Assembly (NCBI GenBank): GCA_965220085.1
Contig: CBDCOZ010000003.1
Coordinates: 1,472,001 to 1,536,000 of the forward strand
Direction: 5' to 3'
Origin: Candidatus Oxydemutatoraceae bacterium
GTDB lineage: Bacteria; Pseudomonadota; Gammaproteobacteria; Poriferisulfidales; Oxydemutatoraceae
DNA: 64,000 nucleotides
The translations under genes and the position numbers were made by a program. Of this stretch, positions 22,737-34,086 are shown piece by piece (position 1 is the first letter of the stretch; the number at the start of each line of letters is the position of its first letter). The notes below the pieces were generated by a model. The model was not told where the DNA came from. It saw only the letters and a list, made by a program, of their open reading frames with translations, and made no database searches.

Positions 22737-23537
22737 GTGGCGTTGATCAAGACAAACAAAGAAATCGAAAAAATGCGAGCGGCGGGGAAATCCGCGGCAA
22801 AAGTGCTGGAGATGGTGGGGGCGCACGTCAGGCCGGGCGTTGATACCGACTGCCTCAATGAGGTCTGCCACGACTTCATTGTCAACGAGCTCCGCTGCAT
22901 TCCGGCGCCGCTCAACTACCGCGGCTTCCCGAAATCCATCTGCACTTCGATCAACCATCAGGTGTGCCACGGCATCCCCGGCGCGCGCAAGCTCAAGTCG
23001 GGCGACATTCTCAACATCGATGTGACCGTCATTCAAGACGGCTATCACGGCGATACCAGCCGCATGTTTGTCGTCGGCAAGCCGAGCATCGGCGCCAAGC
23101 GGCTGGTTGAAAAAACGTACGAAGCCATGTGGCGCGGCATCGATGCCGTCAAACCCGGGGCGCGACTCGGCGACATCGGTCATGCGATCCAGCAGTTTGC
23201 CGAGAGCCACCGCTTTGGCATCGTGCGCGAATACTGCGGGCACGGCATCGGTCGCGAGTTCCACGAAGAGCCGCAAGTGATGCACTACGGCGCTCCCGGC
23301 GCCGGCCTGCGCCTGAAAGCCGGCATGACTTTTACGATAGAACCGATGCTCAACGCCGGCGGCAAGGAAGTGCGCCTGCTGCCGGACAACTGGACGGTGG
23401 TCACCAAAGATCACTCGCTGTCGGCGCAGTGGGAACACACGGTGCTGGTGACGGAATCGGGCCATGAGGTGCTGACTTTGCGCGATAGCGAGCGCGAAAC
23501 GGGCGGCGCCGCCGATACCGGCGCGCAAAGCCGGTGA
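22737..23537 (+). CDS. map: Type I methionine aminopeptidase
   Basis: CHGIP, DVTV..DGYHGDTS, GHGIG.EFHEEP, TIEPM and AQWEHT motifs. Confidence 0.97.
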   Translation: MALIKTNKEIEKMRAAGKSAAKVLEMVGAHVRPGVDTDCLNEVCHDFIVNELRCIPAPLNYRGFPKSICTSINHQVCHGIPGARKLKSGDILNIDVTVIQDGYHGDTSRMFVVGKPSIGAKRLVEKTYEAMWRGIDAVKPGARLGDIGHAIQQFAESHRFGIVREYCGHGIGREFHEEPQVMHYGAPGAGLRLKAGMTFTIEPMLNAGGKEVRLLPDNWTVVTKDHSLSAQWEHTVLVTESGHEVLTLRDSERETGGAADTGAQSR

Positions 23538-23576
23538 TTTTGGTATAAAGTACGCAATTTATATCCGCAAACAGAA

Positions 23577-24398
23577 ATGGAACCACAACAGATAATTGAA
23601 CAAGCGTTTGAGAACCGCGCCGAGTTAAGCCCCGCTTCCGCCGGCGCCGAATTACTTGAAGCGGTCGAGTATTGCCTCGCCGGCCTGAACGACGGCAGCC
23701 TGCGGGTCGCTTGCAAACAGGACGGCGAGTGGCACACCCGCCAGTGGCTGAAAAAAGCCGTGCTGCTCTCTTTCATACTGAGCGAGAACCGCACGACAGA
23801 CGCCGGCTATGCCAAGTTTCACGACAAAGTCCGGGTCAAGTACGCCGAGACCGACGCCGACGCGATGGCGGCGGCGGGCGTGCGCGTAGTGCCCGATGCC
23901 ATCGCCCGCTACGGGTCCTATCAAGCGCCCGGCGTCATCATGATGCCGTGCTTTATCAACATCGGCGCGTATGTCGGCAGCGCGACGATGGTAGACACCT
24001 GGGCGACGGTCGGGTCGTGCGCGCAGATAGGCAAGAATGCGCACCTCTCCGGCGGCGTCGGCATCGGCGGCGTGCTGGAACCGCTGCAGGCAAACCCGAC
24101 TGTGATTGAAGACAACTGCTTCATCGGCGCGCGCTCGGAGATCGTCGAAGGCGTCATCGTTGAGGAAGGTTCTGTCATCTCCATGGGGGTTTACATCGGG
24201 CAGAGCACCCGCATCTACGATCGCCGCAGCGGCGAAATCAGCTACGGACGCATTCCCGCGGGCTCGGTCGTCGTCTCCGGCAGCCTGCCGGCCAAAGACG
24301 GCAGCCACAGCCTGTATTGTGCGGTTATCGTCAAGCAGGTCGATGCCAAGACCCGCAGCAAAGTCGGCATCAACGAATTGCTGCGCGAAGCCGACTGA
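23577..24398 (+). CDS. dapD: Tetrahydrodipicolinate N-succinyltransferase
   Basis: [23 protein letters not shown] and [13 protein letters not shown] motifs; C-terminus KVGINELLR. Confidence 0.97.
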   Translation: MEPQQIIEQAFENRAELSPASAGAELLEAVEYCLAGLNDGSLRVACKQDGEWHTRQWLKKAVLLSFILSENRTTDAGYAKFHDKVRVKYAETDADAMAAAGVRVVPDAIARYGSYQAPGVIMMPCFINIGAYVGSATMVDTWATVGSCAQIGKNAHLSGGVGIGGVLEPLQANPTVIEDNCFIGARSEIVEGVIVEEGSVISMGVYIGQSTRIYDRRSGEISYGRIPAGSVVVSGSLPAKDGSHSLYCAVIVKQVDAKTRSKVGINELLREAD

Positions 24399-24421
24399 TT
24401 TTCTTGCGCCGACGAACGACC

Positions 24422-25564
24422 GTGAATACGGATGTGCGAAAGCCCGTCAAGCAATTAGCGTGTGAGTTGATGCGCCGCCGCTCGGTCACACCCGATGATG
24501 CCGGTTGTCAGCGGCTGATTGCCGAACGGCTGGCAAAACTCGGCTTTGTCGCGAGCGACTTCAATTGCGGGGACGTCACCAACACCTGGTTGCGGCGCGG
24601 CGATGACGCCCCGCTGTTTGCCTTTGCCTGTCATACCGATGTCGTGCCCGCAGGCGACGAAGCGCAGTGGCGCTCGCCGCCTTTTGAACCGGACGAACGC
24701 GACGGCAAACTCTACGGGCGCGGCGCCGCCGACATGAAAGGCCCTATCGCAGCGGCGATTATCGCGACCGAAGCGTTTGTCGGCGACTGCCCGCAGCACG
24801 GCGGCTCCGTCGGGATATTGCTGACCAGCAACGAGGAAGGCATATCGGCAAACGGCACGCGCTATGCGATGGAACAACTGCAAGCGCGGGGCGAGACGCC
24901 CAAGTGGTGCATCGTCAGCGAACCGAGCAGCAGCGAGACGCTCGGCGATACGATTCGCCACGGCCGGCGCGGCTCCCTCTCCGCCACACTCACCGTCAAA
25001 GGCGCGCAAGGACATGTCGCCTATGCGCATCTGGCCAAAAACCCCATCCACGCGCTCGCGCCGGCGCTGGACGCGCTGTGCAAAGAACACTGGGATGACG
25101 GCAACTCCGACTTCCCGCCGACGAGCTTTCAGGTATCCGACTTGCGCGCGGGCGTCGGCGCCGGCAATGTCATCCCGGCGACGGCGGAGGCGGCGTTCAA
25201 CTTTCGCTATTCGCCGGAACTGGACGAAGCGACGATACGCGAGCGGGTCGGCCGCCTGCTGGATGATGCCGGATTGGACTATGCCATCGACTGGGTCGCA
25301 TCGGCGCAGCCGTTCGTCAGCGCGGCGGGCGAACTGCGCGATACCGTCTGCGCGGTCATCAAAGAACTGACCGGCAACGAACCCGAACTCTCGACCGGCG
25401 GCGGCACCTCCGACGCGCGCTTCATCGCGCCGAGCGGCAGTCAGGTCATCGAACTCGGGCCGAGTAACAAAAGCATCCACGCAACCGACGAACACGTCGA
25501 TATCGAAGACCTCGGCCGGCTCGCGCACATGTATTACGCCATCCTCCGGCGCCTTTTGGCGTAG
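24422..25564 (+). CDS. dapE: Succinyl-diaminopimelate desuccinylase
   Basis: HTDVVP, GRGAADMK, GRRGSL, GHVAY and GGTSDARF motifs; follows dapD; GTG start approximate. Confidence 0.95.
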   Translation: MNTDVRKPVKQLACELMRRRSVTPDDAGCQRLIAERLAKLGFVASDFNCGDVTNTWLRRGDDAPLFAFACHTDVVPAGDEAQWRSPPFEPDERDGKLYGRGAADMKGPIAAAIIATEAFVGDCPQHGGSVGILLTSNEEGISANGTRYAMEQLQARGETPKWCIVSEPSSSETLGDTIRHGRRGSLSATLTVKGAQGHVAYAHLAKNPIHALAPALDALCKEHWDDGNSDFPPTSFQVSDLRAGVGAGNVIPATAEAAFNFRYSPELDEATIRERVGRLLDDAGLDYAIDWVASAQPFVSAAGELRDTVCAVIKELTGNEPELSTGGGTSDARFIAPSGSQVIELGPSNKSIHATDEHVDIEDLGRLAHMYYAILRRLLA

Positions 25565-25849
25565 CGCGGCTACGCCGGTTGGGGAGGAGAATACTGCCAG
25601 TCGTCGGCGTAGTCTCGGAGAAGACCTCGGCCGGCTCGCGCACATGTATTACGCCATCCTCCGGCGCCTTTTGACGTAGCGCGGCTACGCCGGTTGGGGA
25701 GGAGAATACTGCCAGTCGTCGGCGTAGTCTCGGAGAAGACCTCGGCCGGCTCGCGCACATGTATTACGCCATCCTCCGGCGCCTTTTGGCGTAGCGCGGC
25801 TACCCCGGCTGGGGAGGAGAATACTGCCAGTCGTCGGCGTAGTCTCGGA
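25505..25849. repeat. 3 x 115-bp tandem repeat spanning the convergent 3' ends of dapE and the exonuclease gene
   Basis: Units start at 25505, 25620 and 25735 with a few substitutions between copies. Confidence 0.95.
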
Positions 25850-26585
25850 GGTGTTGTTTATCGGATTGTTGCAACAGCAGCGATAACTCTTCGCAGCGGG
25901 TGTGGTATTTTTTCCCGCCTATGTTGCCGCGCATCAACTCAAAGCGCAGATAGACCAGATAGGTGTTGACCGCATCGATCTCACAGTAGTCGCAGATTTC
26001 CCGTATCTTGCCGGCCGCAAAGTGTTCCCATACGGCGGCGCCATCCATGCCTTGCTTGCCGGGCAGGCCGATCATCTTTGCAATCACATCCAGCGGCGCC
26101 GTCGCGCGCGCATCGTAAGCGGCCAGCACATCCATCAGGTCGATGTGCCGCCAGTGAAAGCGCGAGAGGTAATTGTTGAAGCGAAAGTCGCGGTCGCCGT
26201 CGCCGAGTTCCCAGTAGCGGCGGGCGCTGATGCCGTGTAGCAAGGCCCGATAGTGCAAGACGGGCAAGTCAAAGCGCGTGCCGTTCCAACTGACCAACTG
26301 CGGCGTGTAATGTTCCAGGCCGTTAAAAAAATCTTTGACGATATCGGCCTCATCGCCGCTCAAGGATTTGATCGTGATGTCGCGACCGGATACGAAGAGC
26401 ACGGATATCACCACGATTTTATGCAGATAGGGCGGCAAAAACGTATGTCCGCTCTTTTGGTATTGCAGTTGCTCCAACGCGCGCGCCACATCCTCGTCCG
26501 CCACCTTGTCCTCATCCAAGCCGTGCAAACGCCTCCCGCTTGCGATATCCGGAATCGTCTCAATGTCAAATACCAACATGCTCAT
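25800..26585 (-). CDS. PolB-like 3'-5' exonuclease (DEDD family)
   Basis: VFDIETIPD, SWNGTRFDLPVL, HIDLMD and YCEID motifs; typical neighbour of cysM. Confidence 0.9.
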   Translation of the reverse strand: MSMLVFDIETIPDIASGRRLHGLDEDKVADEDVARALEQLQYQKSGHTFLPPYLHKIVVISVLFVSGRDITIKSLSGDEADIVKDFFNGLEHYTPQLVSWNGTRFDLPVLHYRALLHGISARRYWELGDGDRDFRFNNYLSRFHWRHIDLMDVLAAYDARATAPLDVIAKMIGLPGKQGMDGAAVWEHFAAGKIREICDYCEIDAVNTYLVYLRFELMRGNIGGKKYHTRCEELSLLLQQSDKQHLRDYADDWQYSPPQPG

Positions 26586-27475
26586 GCCGGCCACACCCCG
26601 GTTGAAATATAGCGATCGCCGCGGTCGCATATGATCGCAACGACTATGCGTCCGGGCGCTTCGGCGGCGACGCGCAAGGCGACATCGACGCAGCCGCCGG
26701 ACGAGACGCCGCAAAAGATGCCTTCGCGCGCTGCCAACTCGCGCATCCGCGCCTCGGCTTGCTCGGTCGACACTTCGAGCACACGGTGCAGGCTCTTGGC
26801 GTCATAAATCTTCGGCAGATACTCGGTCGGCCACGCGCGGATGCCGGGGATGCGCGACCCTTCGCTGGGTTGCACGCCGATGATTTCAACATCGGCATTC
26901 CGCTCGCGCAGGAAACGCGACACCCCCATCACCGTCCCCGTCGTTCCCATGGAACTGACAAAATGGGTCAGGCGCCCGTCGCACGCCCGCCAAATTTCGG
27001 GAGCGGTCGTCGCATAGTGCATATCGGGGTTATCGCTATTGGCAAATTGGTCGAGCACCCTGCCCTTGCCTTCGGCTTGCATCGCATGCGCCATATCGCG
27101 CGCCCCTTCCATGCCGCTCTCGGCGCCGACCAGAATGATTTCCGCGCCGTAAGCCTTCATGCAGGCGCGCCGCTCGGCGCTCATGTTTTCCGGCATGATC
27201 AAAATCATGCGATAGTCTTTGATCGCCGCCGCCATCGCCAGCGCGATGCCGGTGTTGCCGCTGGTCGCTTCAATCAGCGTATCGCCGGGCTTTATCTCCC
27301 CCCTTTTCTCGGCGGCATCGATCATGTTGAATGCCGGGCGGTCTTTGACCGAACCGGCGGGATTGTCGCCCTCCAGTTTTGCCAACACGGCGCTGCCGGC
27401 GCCCTCGGCCATCCGCTGCAAACGCACCAGCGGCGTATTGCCGATGCAATCGGCTATGGTCGGAAATTCTTTCAT
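26582..27475 (-). CDS. cysM: Cysteine synthase B
   Basis: NPAGSVKDR PLP lysine, EATSGNTG, SMGTTGT and CDRGDRY motifs. Confidence 0.95.
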   Translation of the reverse strand: MKEFPTIADCIGNTPLVRLQRMAEGAGSAVLAKLEGDNPAGSVKDRPAFNMIDAAEKRGEIKPGDTLIEATSGNTGIALAMAAAIKDYRMILIMPENMSAERRACMKAYGAEIILVGAESGMEGARDMAHAMQAEGKGRVLDQFANSDNPDMHYATTAPEIWRACDGRLTHFVSSMGTTGTVMGVSRFLRERNADVEIIGVQPSEGSRIPGIRAWPTEYLPKIYDAKSLHRVLEVSTEQAEARMRELAAREGIFCGVSSGGCVDVALRVAAEAPGRIVVAIICDRGDRYISTGVWPA

Positions 27476-27597
27476 TGCGGTTTACCTCCGGCTTCGCTCC
27501 CGCATAGGGGCATCATCTTCGTATCCGCGGGGATTCAACAAAGCGCTCCCGCCGGACAAAGCGTCCATTATACTCCCGTTGCGCGCCGCCCTGCGCA

Positions 27598-28527
27598 TTA
27601 TGCGCCGGGCTCTCGGCCCTCAAGCGGGCATATGTCGGCGAGCGCATCCGCCCCCGCGATACACATCAGGACTCTGTCAATTCCGATTGAAACGCCGGAT
27701 GATTCCGGCAAGGGTCGCGCCCGCAACAGCGACGCGAAACCGCTATCGGCGGCGACCGTCGCAAGCCCCAAGCGGCGGCGCGTCCGATTGTCATTCTCTG
27801 CCCGCCGCAAGTATTCGTCGGCGGTGTTTATCTCGCGATAGCCGTTGGCGAGCTCCGTGTCGCGATAAAAGATTTCAAAGCGCTCGGCGCGTTTTGCCGA
27901 GTTGATTTTGGCAAAAGACGCCTGTTGCGCAGGGAACTCCTTTATCGCATACAGCCGATTTTGGCCGCAGCATTTGCCAATCATGCGTTCAAACAAAAAG
28001 TCCAAGGCTTCGTGCCGCGCGCCGCAAGCGCTCAGACCGAGGTCGGATGCCAGCCGCATCAACGCGGCATCATCGCAAGCAAACGGATCGAGGGCAAAAC
28101 ATTCTTCAAACGCCGTTTGATATGTCCTTACATGCGGTTTGAGCGCCGATAACCGCGGCGTCAGCAACTCGCCGAGCAATTCGTTTGCCTCGGCGAGCAA
28201 CTCCTCATAGGCCCGACCGATGCGATACCACTCCAGCATCGTAAATTCCGGACGGTGGCGACGCCCGCTCTCGCCGGCCCGAAACACCGGCCCGATCTGA
28301 TAGATATCGCCGCTGCCCCGGGCCAAAAGGGACTTCATCTCAAATTCGGGAGAGGCGCGCAACCATTTGCCGGATACCGGGAAACTGGCGGTTGAGAAGT
28401 CGCTTGCCGCAGCCGCTATCAGGCTCGGCGTCGTCACCTCCAGCGCGCCCCGCTCGGCAAAAAAGCCCCGTATCCGGTCGATGACACGGGCGCGCAAGCG
28501 CAATATATCGACGGTATGCAACGACAA
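27598..28527 (-). CDS. epmA: EF-P lysine aminoacylase (EpmA/PoxA)
   Basis: SPEFEMK.LLA, FRAGE.GRRHRPEFTMLEWY, ELANGY and G..IGIDR motifs; adjacent to efp. Confidence 0.94.
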   Translation of the reverse strand: MSLHTVDILRLRARVIDRIRGFFAERGALEVTTPSLIAAAASDFSTASFPVSGKWLRASPEFEMKSLLARGSGDIYQIGPVFRAGESGRRHRPEFTMLEWYRIGRAYEELLAEANELLGELLTPRLSALKPHVRTYQTAFEECFALDPFACDDAALMRLASDLGLSACGARHEALDFLFERMIGKCCGQNRLYAIKEFPAQQASFAKINSAKRAERFEIFYRDTELANGYREINTADEYLRRAENDNRTRRRLGLATVAADSGFASLLRARPLPESSGVSIGIDRVLMCIAGADALADICPLEGREPGA

Positions 28528-28529
28528 GC

Positions 28530-29099
28530 TTATTTGCTGCGACCGACATACTCGCCGGTGCGCGTATCGATCTTCAGCACATCGCCTTGCCCGACGAACA
28601 ACGGCGCTTTGAGCGTCGCCCCGGTCTCCAGAGTGACCGCCTTGCCGGCGCCGCCGGCGGCGGTATCGCCGCGCACGCCCGCTTCGGTCTCGGTCACTTT
28701 CAACTCGACAAAATTCGGCGGTACGACCGTGATGACGTCGCCGTTATAGAGCGTGACAGAGCATTCGCTCTGCTCGCGCAACCAATTCGCGACATCGCCG
28801 ACAACCGCTTTTGCGACCGCGTATTGCTCATACGTAGCGTTGTCCATGAAATGCCACTCATTGCCGTCGTTATACAAATAATTGACCCGCATCTCTTGCA
28901 CATCGGCGGCTTCCAAACTGTCGCCGGATTTGACGGTCTTCTCAACGACGCGCCCGGTCAGCAGGTTCTTCAGCCTGATGCGATTGAAAGCCTGCCCTTT
29001 GCCGGGCTTTACAAATTCGTTTTCAAGAACTTCGCACGGCGCGCCATCGGATAAAACTTTCAAGCCGCCCTTCAATTCGCTGGTACTATATTCAGTCAT
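28530..29099 (-). CDS. efp: Elongation factor P
   Basis: [14 protein letters not shown] and KIDTRTGEY motifs. Confidence 0.97.
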   Translation of the reverse strand: MTEYSTSELKGGLKVLSDGAPCEVLENEFVKPGKGQAFNRIRLKNLLTGRVVEKTVKSGDSLEAADVQEMRVNYLYNDGNEWHFMDNATYEQYAVAKAVVGDVANWLREQSECSVTLYNGDVITVVPPNFVELKVTETEAGVRGDTAAGGAGKAVTLETGATLKAPLFVGQGDVLKIDTRTGEYVGRSK

Positions 29100-29124
29100 G
29101 ATTAATCTCTCGGTGGTTACGGAT

Positions 29125-30114
29125 ATGACGGCAAATGATAACGATACTTCGGCAAACTGGCAACAACAAATGCGCGAGGCGGTCGACGATAACAAACGGT
29201 TGCTGCGGCTGTTGCGCCCAGACTCCGCCGCCGCGCCGCCGCTTGCGGCGAGCGGCTTCGCGCTCAAAGCCCCGCAAGCGTGGTTGCGGCGCATACGACC
29301 CGGCGTCGCCGACGACCCGTTATTGCGACAAATCCTGCCGCTGGCGGAAGAGAACGCGGCGCGCGCCGGCTTCGGCAAAGACCCGGTCGGCGAAGCGGCG
29401 GCGCATGCAAACGGCGGCATCATCCGCAAATACCGCCGCCGCGCCTTGCTGATCACAACCGCCGTCTGCGCCATCCATTGCCGCTATTGCTTTCGCCGCC
29501 ATTTCCCCTATCGGGAGCACAGCATTGCCGGCCGGCTCGATGCGGCGATCGCGACGATTGCAAACGATAACGACATCGAAGAAGTCATCTTGAGCGGCGG
29601 CGACCCGCTGAGCTTGTCCAACGCGAAACTGTTTGAACTCTGTCGCCGGCTTGAAGCGATTGCGCATGTAAAAAGACTGCGCATACACAGCCGCCTGCCC
29701 GTCGCCATACCCGATCGCATTGACGACGCATTCGCGCGCTGGAGCAAAGACCGCCCGAAGCCGTATGTGCTGGTGTTGCACATCAACCACCCGCAGGAGA
29801 TTGATGATGCCGTACGGCAAGCGGCGATGCGGCTGCGCCACTGGCCGTTGCTGAATCAAGCCGTGCTCCTGCGCGGCGTCAACGATGATGCGGACAGCCT
29901 GATCGGGCTGAGTTTGCGTTGCTTTGATGCCGGCATCATGCCGTATTACCTGCACCTGCTGGACCGCGTCGAGGGCAGCGCGCACTTTGAAGTGAAGGCC
30001 GACGCCGCGCGCCGTTTGATGCGCGCGATCAGCGCCGAGTTGCCCGGCTATCTGGTGCCGAAACTGGTGCGGGAAAGCGCGGGGGAAAGCGCCAAATCCA
30101 TCGTCGCCTATTGA
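29125..30114 (+). CDS. epmB: EF-P beta-lysylation lysine 2,3-aminomutase (KamA-family radical SAM)
   Basis: [30 protein letters not shown] and PYYLHLLD motifs; divergent from efp. Confidence 0.94.
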   Translation: MTANDNDTSANWQQQMREAVDDNKRLLRLLRPDSAAAPPLAASGFALKAPQAWLRRIRPGVADDPLLRQILPLAEENAARAGFGKDPVGEAAAHANGGIIRKYRRRALLITTAVCAIHCRYCFRRHFPYREHSIAGRLDAAIATIANDNDIEEVILSGGDPLSLSNAKLFELCRRLEAIAHVKRLRIHSRLPVAIPDRIDDAFARWSKDRPKPYVLVLHINHPQEIDDAVRQAAMRLRHWPLLNQAVLLRGVNDDADSLIGLSLRCFDAGIMPYYLHLLDRVEGSAHFEVKADAARRLMRAISAELPGYLVPKLVRESAGESAKSIVAY

Positions 30115-30156
30115 TGAGGCAATCGCGCCGCCGTCGCCGTCGGCGCGGCGCAACGG

Positions 30157-31044
30157 TTACTCGGGAAGGCGAACGGCTTGCAACGCTTTGATTCGGGCTT
30201 CCAGCGGCGGGTGGCTCGCAAACAACTTGCGGAAACCGCCGCCGAACTTTCCGGAGATGCCAAAAGACGCAAACTCGTCGGGCAGGCTTTCGGGCTCGCT
30301 CATCTTTTGCAGACGGCGCAATGCCGCAATCATCTTGTCGCGTCCCGCCAATGCCGCGCCGCCGTAGTCGGCGCGAAATTCGCGCCGGCGCGAGAACCAC
30401 ATCACGATCATAGACGCCAGAATGGACAGGATGATCTGGGCGATGATTACGGCGACAAAGTAGCCCGGGCCATAGCCGCGCGACTTGAAGACCACGCGAT
30501 CGACAAAGTGACCGATGACGCGCGAGAAGAAAATGACGAAGGTATTAATGATGCCCTGTATCAGAGCGAGCGTGACCATATCGCCATTGGCGACATGGCT
30601 GATTTCATGACCGAGCACCGCTTCCACCTCGTCTTTTTCCATGCCGTTTAGCAAACCCTGGCTGACCGCGACCAAGGCCTTGTTGCGAAACATGCCGGTG
30701 GCAAAGGCGTTCGGCTGAGCCGACGGGAAGATACCGAGTTCGGGCATCTCAATGCCGGCATCTTGGGACTGGCGCGATACGATATCAAACAGCCAGCGCT
30801 CGGTCGCCGACGATGGCTCGGCAATGATCTTCACGCCCATCGACCGCTTCGCCATCGTCTTTGACAACGCCAAGGACACGAAGGAGCCGATCATGCCAAA
30901 CGCCGCCGAGAAGATCAGCAAGCCGGTTACGTTGATTCCGGCGCCGGTCTGATGCAACATATGCTCGACGCCGAGCACTGTCAGCGTGATATTCAGTATA
31001 AATAATATCGCGATGTTGGTCGCTATGAACAGCAGTATTCTCAT
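30157..31044 (-). CDS. htpX: Membrane zinc protease HtpX
   Basis: MRILLFIATN, PNAFATG, HEISH, REFRAD and SHPPLEARI motifs. Confidence 0.96.
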   Translation of the reverse strand: MRILLFIATNIAILFILNITLTVLGVEHMLHQTGAGINVTGLLIFSAAFGMIGSFVSLALSKTMAKRSMGVKIIAEPSSATERWLFDIVSRQSQDAGIEMPELGIFPSAQPNAFATGMFRNKALVAVSQGLLNGMEKDEVEAVLGHEISHVANGDMVTLALIQGIINTFVIFFSRVIGHFVDRVVFKSRGYGPGYFVAVIIAQIILSILASMIVMWFSRRREFRADYGGAALAGRDKMIAALRRLQKMSEPESLPDEFASFGISGKFGGGFRKLFASHPPLEARIKALQAVRLPE

Positions 31045-31113
31045 CTCATCAATCCTCTGTAAATATGCTTTGGCACAAGGGGTTATGGAAATTATATATG
31101 CATGTCAAGAATC

Positions 31114-31360
31114 TGTGTGATGCCATGACATATCTGGCGCCCGGCATGGGGCAAAGATTGCGGGTGTCACGGGCGCTTGACGCTTCGGGCCGCAGTGTGA
31201 TTCCTTCGCGGGGGCGGAACCATGAGATGGCGACGGTCTTGACGATGCTCATCTGGCGCTCCCCTCGCGGGGGGCAAAACCATGGCGGATACTGTGTCCG
31301 ACAATCATTGAATGTCCGCGGGTCGGTCAGCGACAAACCCGCTTCAAATTCCGCAAACAG
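31114..31360 (-). mobile_element. Degenerate 3' end and terminal repeat of an IS481-like element
   Basis: Homologous to 42898-43080 (FAEFEAGLSLTD vs FAEFEDGLLLTD; PDMSWHHT vs SNMCWRHT); ends in TGTGTGATGCCATGACATATCTGG. Confidence 0.65.
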
Positions 31361-31724
31361 TTAACAATTTGCAAACAACTCAAGAAGTCACAAACAGCTA
31401 AGCGCTATTTGTGCTCTGTGAAAAAGCCACAAACAGTTTATGGAACGCAAACAGTGATGGAACGCAAACAATAATATTGTTTGTGCTCTTATATCGTTTG
31501 TGCTCCATGAAAAATCCACAAACAACTTAAGGAACCACAAACAATAATATTGTTTGTGCTCTTATATCGTTTGTGCTCCATGAAAAATCCACAAACAACT
31601 TAAGGAACCACAAACAATAATATTGTTTGTGCTCTTATATCGTTTGTGCTCTTACTACTGTGCCTCATTAAACAATTCACAAACAACTGAGTGTTGTTTG
31701 TGCCTCATTAGACGTTGTTTGCGC
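31351..31724. repeat. AT-rich MITE-like element built from CACAAACAA/TTGTTTGTG motifs (copy 1)
   Basis: Ends CCGCAAACAGTT and TTGTGCCTCATTAGACGTTGTTTGCGCAC match the ends of 43459-43794 in inverted orientation; internal ~73-bp duplication. Confidence 0.75.
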
Positions 31725-31870
31725 ACATGCCCGGCATCCTGCCTCGCCCCTTTGTGCGCCCGCGACACTCCCCTCGCGAGAGAGTCGCAGAGTCCGCTAT
31801 GACTCCGGGCTTTTTTTGAAAGTCGCAGAGTCCGAACCGCGGGCGAAGGCGGTAGCGTCGGTTGGCGCTG

Positions 31871-34086
31871 CTATCGCAGCGGGCCTTCCAGGAAGATGCG
31901 CAACCGCAGGTTGATGTCGGCGGACACGCACGTATTCGTCGCCTCGTCCAATACCAGCGGCGCGTCGCACGAAACAAAATCAACGCACACTCCCTCGCGA
32001 AAGAACTTCGGCTGCGTCAAATCCGCGCACACTTGCGCACTGGGCGCTTTGCAATCCGAAGCCATCCCGATGTTGGGCGCATCGCATTCGCACCGATTCG
32101 CATCCCGGTTCAATGTCGCCGCCCCGGCGCATTCCGGAATATCAACGCACACTGTCTCGCTAACGTCAAAGAACTTCGGCGGCATCAATCCCGCGCACAC
32201 TTGCGCGCTCGGCGCACGGCAATCCGAAGCCGTCCCTTCGTTGGGCGAAGCGCATGCGCACTGGCCCGTCTCCGCGCTCAATGTCGCCGGCGCAGCACAC
32301 GAAATAGCAACAACGCAAGCCTGTGCCGCGGCGTCGTACACCTTGCCCTGCTCGTCGCATTCGCAACGGCGCGACCCCGTGCTGGGATGCGTTGTCGCCG
32401 GACATCTGTGACCGGCGACGCAGGTCGTCCCGTCAAAAAACAGCGAAGTCTGCGCCCCGCTCAATTCCCCGCAAACCGCCGGCGACGGCATCTGGCAGCC
32501 CGAGGATGTTTTGACATACGAAGAAACGCATTCGCAGGTGTTGCTTGTCTCGCGCAATTCCGTCGGATGTTCGCAGGTCAAAAACGGATCGCACCGCGCC
32601 GCGCCCGCGTTGTAAAACCGCGGCGGCATCAACTCCGCGCACACCTCCGCGCTTGGCACTCGGCAGTCCGCCGCGTTGCCCGTGCTGCATTCGCACGTAT
32701 TCGTCGCTTCGTTCAATGTCGCCAATGTCGCCGCCGTCGAGCACGTCGCAACGCAAACAAACCCGTTGTAAACCTGCGGCGGATTCAAACTCCCGCACAC
32801 CGGCCCGCTGGGCGTTTGGCATTCGGTCGCGCCGTTGGTGTTGAATCCGGACGGCTCCATGCCGTCCTGACAATAGGCCACAAAACAATCATCGGCGTTT
32901 TCCGCCGTCCATTGCGGAAGGTATTGCAGGGTCGGGCCGAAGTAATGGCGCAGGGTGGTATTGCCATCGGCAAGGCTGAAGCGGGAGGAAAGGTCGGGGT
33001 CGGGACATGTTGATGCGGTTGTTGCGTCCCGCACATTGATGTCGCAGTAGCACACGTCAAATCCGGAGTCAAAGGCGGGATGCTTTCTTGCCCCCCATCC
33101 TTTCGCCGCGCAAGCGTCAAATTGCATGGAAACTTGTTGCGCCCTCTCCTGATCGGTGTATGTGCTTGCTATCTCGCTGAACTCGCATGCTTGCGGGTTG
33201 CGCGCGCATGCGGTCGCGCCGTCGGTATTTTCCCGCGGCGGAATCATGTTCGGACCGCAGTTGTAGACAAACCGCGCGGCGGTGTCGGTCGAAGGGTTTG
33301 GAAACGATGGATCCGGTCCGAACACATCGGCGCATTGCGGACTGCCGTTGCCGTCCAAGAAGCATCCGTCCTCCTCGCCGTCCGGGGAAAGCAGGGGGAT
33401 GACGCATTGGTTGTCGGCCGAGACCGTCCATCCCGCCGCTTTGCATCGGTTTTCCGGCGTGTTAGCAACGCAGGCATCGCCCAGCAGGATGGTTTGCGCC
33501 GGACAAACGGCGCAAACGCCGTCCGCGTTTTCCGTCTCGCCGGCGGGACACTCGCACATCGTGCGCCCGTCGGCGAAAGTCTCCGGCAGGTGGCCGGTGG
33601 TTCCGTCCGGGTCGCAGTTGAAAACATAGCGCGGGTCGCTCTCGTCTTCCGCTGTTGCCGGGTCGTCCGCCGGACGTTGCGGAAAGTCAAGGTTCGGACC
33701 GAAAATACGCGTACAACCGGAGGCGCCGCCCAAAACGCAAAAGTCCAAGGAGCCGGAGTTTATTGACGTGTCGTTGTTTTTTATGAGGCAAACGGATAAG
33801 CTGACAAAACCGGTCGACAGTCGCGTTGTCCATCCTTTGGCTTCGCATTTGTTCGCGCCATCGATGCGCGCACTTTCAATGCATACGCGGTTTTGGGTGG
33901 TGGCGGTAAATCCGGCGGGGCACTCGTCCATGCATTCGGTGCCGTGGATAACCGCCGCACAGCTGTTGGCTTGTGCGTGGGCGGCGTTCGTGGCAAAGAT
34001 GCAAGCGCAAGCGAACAATGCCGCACAAACCCACTCAAGGGTCAGGGAGGGGGGGGGGGGGGGGGTATTATAAACTTCTGATTCAT
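31871..34086 (-). CDS. Secreted Cys-rich (EGF/furin-like) repeat protein with LRLRIFLEGPLR tail; frameshifted at a G17 tract from its SD-supported start
   Basis: ORF body 31871-34065 has a signal peptide ending AAHA|Q, 3 CxAxGW..FGP units and 5 PSxxVCxxL units. AGGAGG precedes ATG 34086 (MNQKFII), which reaches TGA just after the C17 run. The in-frame ATG 34153 has no evident SD. Confidence 0.8.

Noticed and set aside
31360-31720. Possible CRISPR array or replication origin
   Set aside because: No regular repeat-spacer period, no clear DnaA-box cluster and no rep gene nearby.
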